A stretch of DNA of 63,923 bases, counting the filler, from Choristocarpus tenellus KU-1152 (taxonomy: Eukaryota > Protista > Phaeophyceae): NCBI GenBank assembly GCA_964200185.2. It is 12 parts of 12 records of this genome, joined end to end, with 100 filler letters (N's around TTAATTAATTAA, not from the genome) between each part and the next. Parts side by side here need not be neighbours in the genome. Positions count along the whole stretch, not along the records: positions 53,922 to 58,429 come from CAXNAD020014235.1; positions 58,530 to 63,923 come from CAXNAD020010932.1; 10 more parts are not named here. One strand, 5' to 3'. Each line of letters opens with the position of its first letter. Positions within the stretch are counted from its first letter, which is position 1. The position numbers were made by a program, and so were the translations under genes. A model generated the notes under the pieces. That model was not told where the DNA came from, made no database searches, and saw nothing but the letters and a program-made list of their open reading frames with translations. This document shows, piece by piece, positions 57,981 through 63,923 of the stretch.

Positions 57981-59506
57981 GTACTGTAGACATCAAAACC
58001 AAACAAGAGGTGCAGCCTTGAGGGGTCAATGTTTGATCTCCACAGCCCTCCCCCCACAAACCTCCCACCATATTCAGAAAATACAAAGATGAATAGAAAA
58101 GAAGATTCAGGAGGTAGCAGAGGATTTATTTCTAATATTTTTTTTTCACTTTAGTGTGGGATTATTCGATTCGGTCATCAGAGTCACTACCAACTGCACT
58201 ACTTCTGAGTGAAAGTATCTTAGAGGGTACGAGTTTTGCCCTGTTTGTCCATTTGGGGCTTGGCTTCCAACAGGTTTTTATTGGAATTGTACCTACTCCA
58301 AAATGTTTCAGAGTAGGTAAAATGTGTATGTTATGAAAAGGTGTGTCCGGAACAAGGATTGTTAAAGAAACTGGTGTTCCCAAGACTTGTGTGTGTAAAT
58401 AACTCGATTATTTCCTCATTATGTAGAACNNNNNNNNNNNNNNNNNNNNNNNNNNNNNNNNNNNNNNNNNNNNTTAATTAATTAANNNNNNNNNNNNNNN
58501 NNNNNNNNNNNNNNNNNNNNNNNNNNNNNAATGGACAGCCGCCACCCCCTCCCAGATACTTTGAGCCTAGTGAGTTTTTATTTATAGTTTTAGACATATA
58601 TGTATCTGAGAGAGAGTCCCTACTATACTAAATAGACAGAAAGATGGATGGATATAGAGAAAATACTTGTTTCTACACAACACATAAGTGAGATATTTCC
58701 TCAAAAAAGGTTTGTACCAGGCCGACTTTGTAAGAAAAAAAAGTGTATCGCTGAAGAAAAAATTGATTTCATTTTTCTTAAGGAATCCGTCTTACAAGGG
58801 GGTGGCTGGAGAAAAATGGATTTTCAGTGTTTTCCAACGATTTCTGGTGCTCCATCTCGAAGAGTGGGATGCGATGTTCTCCAGTTGAAGAATTGTAGAA
58901 CACTGAAATGGAAGTGTTGATTTCTCTACGCAACTCCAGAACGCCTTGAGGTGTTCAAGTTACACATAGCAATGACGAAGGCAACCATACAAACGGTCGC
59001 CAGGGTCCTCAACACCTTGTGTGACAGAGGCTTTGGGAACAATCAGCTCTCCTGGAGAAGAGAACGAAGAGTTGCAGCTCGTGCGGGAGAGGTGGTACTG
59101 TCTCATGTATCCACGTCCTAACTGTAGGAAGTTGCCATGGATGCAGATGGTCTGAGATGAGAGTCTCGGGGACGTGGAGTCTAGGGGTGGGAAGATGTTT
59201 CGTTGCAAGCTCCGCATCCCCTAACCCTTGGTTGTACAGCTTGTAAAAGAAGAAAGACACCAAGCTGGCCCCCAAACATGCATGGAATAGTCAATGGTGA
59301 TCTAGTACACCAGAGTGGGGAAGCCTTCCTTGCCCCAGTACGACTTAGTGTAAGTTACTGCACATTGCCCCACCTTATGTGGGTCACATTGGTTGATCCC
59401 ATTGCACCCTTGACCCCCAAACAAATGGTAAGCTGCCATAGTTTGTCACAGGTCCTGGTGTCACTCTTGAGCAACTCAATCCAGCTTTGGAGCATATATC
59501 AACTAA

Positions 59507-59681
59507 GACCCAAAGTATCTGAGGGGGGGTGTTACACCAGGGTGTCCATTTGCGCCATAACCAGGAAAAAATCCACTTACATTATCCATCCGACGTATGC
59601 AACCAAATCACACAAAAATTGCGACATGAAAAAATTGACCCCAATTGGACAGCCGCCACGCCCGCTCAGATACGTTGACCC
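59507..59681. mobile_element. MITE family B, full copy with 4-bp TSD CTAA
   Basis: CTAA-GACCCAAAGTATCT...AGATACGTTGACCC-CTAA. Confidence 0.85.
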
Positions 59682-61356
59682 CTAATTTGAAGCATCTTCG
59701 GGAAATAGCTAGACTCAGGATGATTGAGAAATTTGTCATGACATGTCCCCTTGTTCGAAATAGACCGGGATGACGGGGAGAATCTGATTTCAGCTCAGAT
59801 GGGTTTATGTCTTTATATTCATTATTTTGAATAGCTGTAGTGCTACACCACTCTAATAGCTACCCCTCCCCTCCACCCTTTCTGAACCCTACCCCCCAGG
59901 CCCACCCCTTCAGACATCGTTCCAGACATTGTTTACCACACCTGTAGAGTCACCCCCAAAGCCAATAGTCATCCTCACTGTCCTCTGGGGACCGCTTAGC
60001 TGTGATGCGGCTGCATTCCTGACAATAGGGGGGCTGCTCTACAGAGGACTTAAAAGTAACTTTAATAGTGGTGGTTCTTTTACTGAGTATCCCTACATCT
60101 TATCTCAACCAGCAATTGTATTATCTTTGCAGTCCCTAATCCTAGTGGATCGTGCCTCCACTTGTAGGAGTTTCTCAAAATCCTTCCCGAGACAGTCTCC
60201 TCAATGTATGCTGTCATAGATTTGCGAATGGCAGACTTCATATTTGTCACTGGCACCACTAACACCAATCCACCACCGTTTCCCCCTTTCAGCTCAGGCT
60301 CTTGAGCCCTGAGCTTGTTCCCGCTTGGCCTACGCTTATTATTGGGCTTTACATCTACACACTGTGTTTCTGCTGCTGATGCCAGATGCGTTACTTTCTT
60401 TGGCAAAACGCTTTCTGTGTCAGAGGCTACTGTCTTCTTCTTCCCCTTACTAGGAGGGTGGGCTACAGGATACCCAAAGGTTGAAGTCTGGGGTAGGGTG
60501 ATGGGTCATGGTTCAATATACGACAAAGGTGAGCAGCTGCAGAGGCACCCAGTGACTGGGTATCTTCCTCCCACCAGTCACATTAGAACTATCTGATGCA
60601 GGTGTGGAATAATCAACACCAGTTGTTGCTGCCTACTCCACTTTCTTTGGCGTGAGACTCGCATTCCCCTCGTAACACGTTTTTGGAAACAGTAAGGCAG
60701 GTCGGGGGGGAGTAGTTGACAAACAATGATCAGTAGGCACCAACAGACACATTGTCAACTAGAGCACCTCAAGTAAAACCCAACATCGCACGAAAAATAT
60801 CCCTCCACCCCCACATTGGCATAATCTGACAGGGTCATAGTTGAACTCCTTCTATCTTCTGCTCAACTCTCCATACCTCCTCACAAAACTTTTGCAGCAA
60901 GTCCCCAACCTGTTGGTCGGATTTGGGCTTTTCTCCTTCTGGTTCAATCTTTTGTGAGAAACGTGCCACGGGGGAGACATCACTGCTCAATCTAGAAGCA
61001 AACTTTATGCTGACATTGGTTCCTGGACTACACATCTTCCACAACAGATGGACAGGAGGAGATAACTGCCACTTACATATAGTATATGGGAATGCACACA
61101 ATGGTGATATCACTTTGGGTTATTTCCCAGTGAATCCATATGGAGCCAACCTGTTCGGCAAACAGCTTTGACTTCGGACCCTTCCAGGACATGTGGGGAA
61201 GGATGTTGACACAGTGGTGGACCGTGATCAGGAATTTCGTTTTACATGCTTCATCTGAACTGTACGATGCATGCCGTTGCAATTCTATACCTCCCAAGTA
61301 AGTTTAGGAATGCCTCCAGGTCATAAACACACGAGCTCACAGCCCACAGTCATTCC

Positions 61357-61615
61357 GACCCAAAGTATCTTAGAGGGTAGAGCCGCGTCCATTTGGGGCC
61401 AAAATACAATTTTGCGATATTGATGTAATTTTGGCTATCGTGTTTGTTAGGAAGTGTCGATATCAATGTTCCGGACACACTTTTTCATAACATATACACT
61501 TTTCCTACCCCTAAACATTTTGGAGTAGGAAAATGTAATTAATAAACCCATGGGAAGCCAAGCCCCGAATGGACAAAACAGGGAAAAACTCGTACCCTCT
61601 AAGATACTTTCATTC
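61357..61615. mobile_element. MITE family A, full copy
   Basis: GACCCAAAGTATCTTAGAGGGTA...TACCCTCTAAGATACTTTCATTC flanked by TCC. Confidence 0.85.
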
Positions 61616-62129
61616 TCCCAGAATTACGTATAATTCTAATGCATGCTGAAGTTCCACATCTGGTGTTTTCTGCCATTGTTTGGAGCCAGCCCTTGGCCAC
61701 CAAATTAATACATGCTTTTATGGGCTCTGTGAGTCGTTCTCCTTCTTCACGTATTCCAGGCCTTCCATCATGAACAGGGCAGCATACACGATTAGGACTG
61801 CCTGAAGGGCCTTCAGCACAGGTGCGGAGACTTTGTAGTCCCCCTTCCCTGTAGTTGAGATCTGAGCGAAGAGTCCATCCAGTCCCCACACTATCATTCA
61901 ACCACATTGTACATGGGGGCTGAAGGTGGACTCCGTCTTCTCCTTCTCCCCAGAGCTGTGAAAAGCCGTCCCTCAACGACGAGTTGAATTGTTGACTAAT
62001 CGTGACAGAGAAGAAAGACATGACCAGATCTGGGCTGACGAATAGCTTGATCTCTACGAACTACTCGGCAAGATTTACAATGAAAAGTGATGTTAGTGTC
62101 TGTCACAACACAAATGTATCTATCAAGGC

Positions 62130-62345
62130 GTGTGGTTCAATCTTCACTGTGATTGGTTGTGACCAGTCAGAGCAGAAAACACAATCTTGGGCTTTGCTGG
62201 CTTACAAGTGATGTGATGTGGGTCAGTCACATGACCAGCTCGCAGTAACCTCAACATGAACAGTGGATTCAAACCAACAAAACCCGAGATTGTGTTTTCT
62301 GTTCTGACTGGTCATAAACCAATCACAGTGAAGATTAATCCACAT
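62130..62345. repeat. Hairpin MITE-like inverted repeat (~70-bp arms)
   Basis: AATCTTCACTGTGATTGGTT.TGACCAGTCAGA.CAGAAAACACAATCT versus AGATTGTGTTTTCTG.TCTGACTGGTCA.AACCAATCACAGTGAAGATT. Confidence 0.8.
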
Positions 62346-63923
62346 GGCACTCTGAGAATCCACTGTTCGTGCCGTGGTTACTGCGAATCGGTCATGCGTC
62401 TGACCCACACCACATCACTTGGCCTGGCGTATATTATCCTCATCAGTGTCGGGAGATCCCAAAAAGGCAACCTGTCCCTGACATTACCCCCCTTTCCCAG
62501 TGTGGATTCCATCCGACACGATGACAAAAGTGACTGGCCAGCACTTCATGTCGGACAGGTCCTTCTTTGGGAGAAAAATCCTGAGAAAAAGGAAGAAAAA
62601 GAGAAAAAGGGAGAAAAATCCTGGTTGAATCAACTCAGGAAAAAGAAAAATGAAGAGGTGGAGCACTAGCGGTGATCAGCCCTAGGTCTCACTCTAGTCC
62701 AAGAGAAAATCTGTGTTAATGGGTGGAAAGTACAGTGAGAAAAATGGCGTGGACCTGCCTGTCTCCTATGTGCCCCCGGAGATCTGAGTGGATGAAGCTT
62801 AGTATCACCACAGCTTTGGGTACATCAAATCATCTATCGGGGAGTGTTGTGGGGATAGTGTCAACAGTGATTGGAAAACTCATCATCTCTTACTGTCACC
62901 TCTGATATAACAACTTGCCTCCTATGTGCTTGGACAGCCAGAAAGTTGGACTTTATATATTTGTTTTGTATTGCGCCATACATCACTGGCCAGTGAAATA
63001 TCCTTGAAGGTGAAGCCGGTATAAAAAATTGCGGGTGATCTTTCTTCCCACACTTAGAAGTCTCGCTTGTATGGTCAACAATGCCCTCTATATTGTAAGA
63101 CCCAATAGTTGGCTGTGTCTTTGACCCCTGATCAAGATTTAGTTCGGGTAATACATGGTAGCACGTGCTTTGATCGCCGATAAAATTCGACCAATTGAAT
63201 CCTCTTTGTGGTTGTTGCAGATACGCGTGAGAGATAATTTGACAACAGGGGAGTAGGACAAATCCTGTGCTCCAGAACTCATGGGGGGAAGTCCTTGTGA
63301 CAAAGATGTATTGATCAAGGGATCAAGTACGTAGCCCCAGGGAATGTGGTTAGGGTAGGGTGGGACAGTATACTCATCTTATACTTCTGGTTTATCCTTG
63401 ACAGGGTCGCAGCAGTGAGGCTGACCTCCACACTCTCCATCTCCAAAACGGTGTTAGACATATGCAACAACTCGGAGTTGAATGAAGGAAGTTGTCATGG
63501 ATATCGAACTTCCGGTACTCCTTGTACTTGTCATCTTCGGCCGACGATTGATAGAGGTTCTGGTCCGGGTTAAGTTGAAGCCGTCACCCCGGCATTGGAC
63601 ACTGCCATCCCATTCAAGCGAACTGCCAAGGGTGTACTAGTCCTTTTGACGGGGCTCAGGATCTGCACCTTTCAGGATATCAGATTATCCTTCCTCTCAA
63701 CCTATGCTTCCCTGATGGTGCTTTATTTCTCGAAGTCGTCTCGGCTTTCTGACTAGGGTCAATAAACGTTTGGTTTGGTTGCACTTCCTTCTTGCATTGT
63801 GGCATGGCCCTACCCCTCTGGTGACTCCCCAACACAGATTGGCATGAGTATCACTGTTCAGGGGCGTGGTTCTATATGATGGGGGGAGATGAGAACCACC
63901 AGAGATGAGGTTCAGAAAGGAAG

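Larger units (their letters stand above)
60835..63600 (-). mobile_element. Highly decayed LTR-retrotransposon pol (probably Ty3/Gypsy RNase H-integrase)
   Basis: Fragments such as FHWPVMYGAIQNKYIKS (integrase Zn-finger-like) and TISQQFNSSL (integrase core-like); many stops. Confidence 0.4.

Noticed and set aside
60080-60500. Minus-strand Lys-rich ORF as a host exon
   Set aside because: No recognisable domain or linked exons.

Overview
Eukaryotic, intron-rich and repeat-rich draft assembly, most consistent with a brown alga or related stramenopile (inference from gene architecture, the 126-nt TPR exons and the transposon types). The window is not one locus: it is 12 contigs joined by 11 artificial 100-nt linkers (N-run + TTAATTAATTAA + N-run), so adjacency across linkers is meaningless. 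Host genes reconstructed by reading splice sites: a tandem array of three 126-nt phase-0 TPR exons (candidate immune-receptor repeat region), a complete 4-exon UBC2/RAD6, an SBBP-type beta-propeller membrane protein, the 3' part of a FANCM-like gene, an ankyrin-repeat gene, a NAK/STK16-like kinase, an NCBP3-like gene and a Tubby-like gene. The rest is mostly decayed mobile DNA: Ty1/Copia, probable Ty3/Gypsy, RLE- and RTE-type LINE fragments, two DD39D-like mariners, solo-LTR-like repeats, two MITE families with shared termini, and foldbacks. The most interesting signals are (i) the modular one-exon-one-TPR array with homologous introns, (ii) dense short TTAGGG/CCCTAA tracts confined to the UBC2 gene body, some overlapping stop, donor and branch-point signals, (iii) a SMARCAL1/TIPIN-type RPA-binding motif in the FANCM-like protein, and (iv) relaxed AAG/GAG 3' splice sites. 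All comparisons were made by eye; no searches were run.
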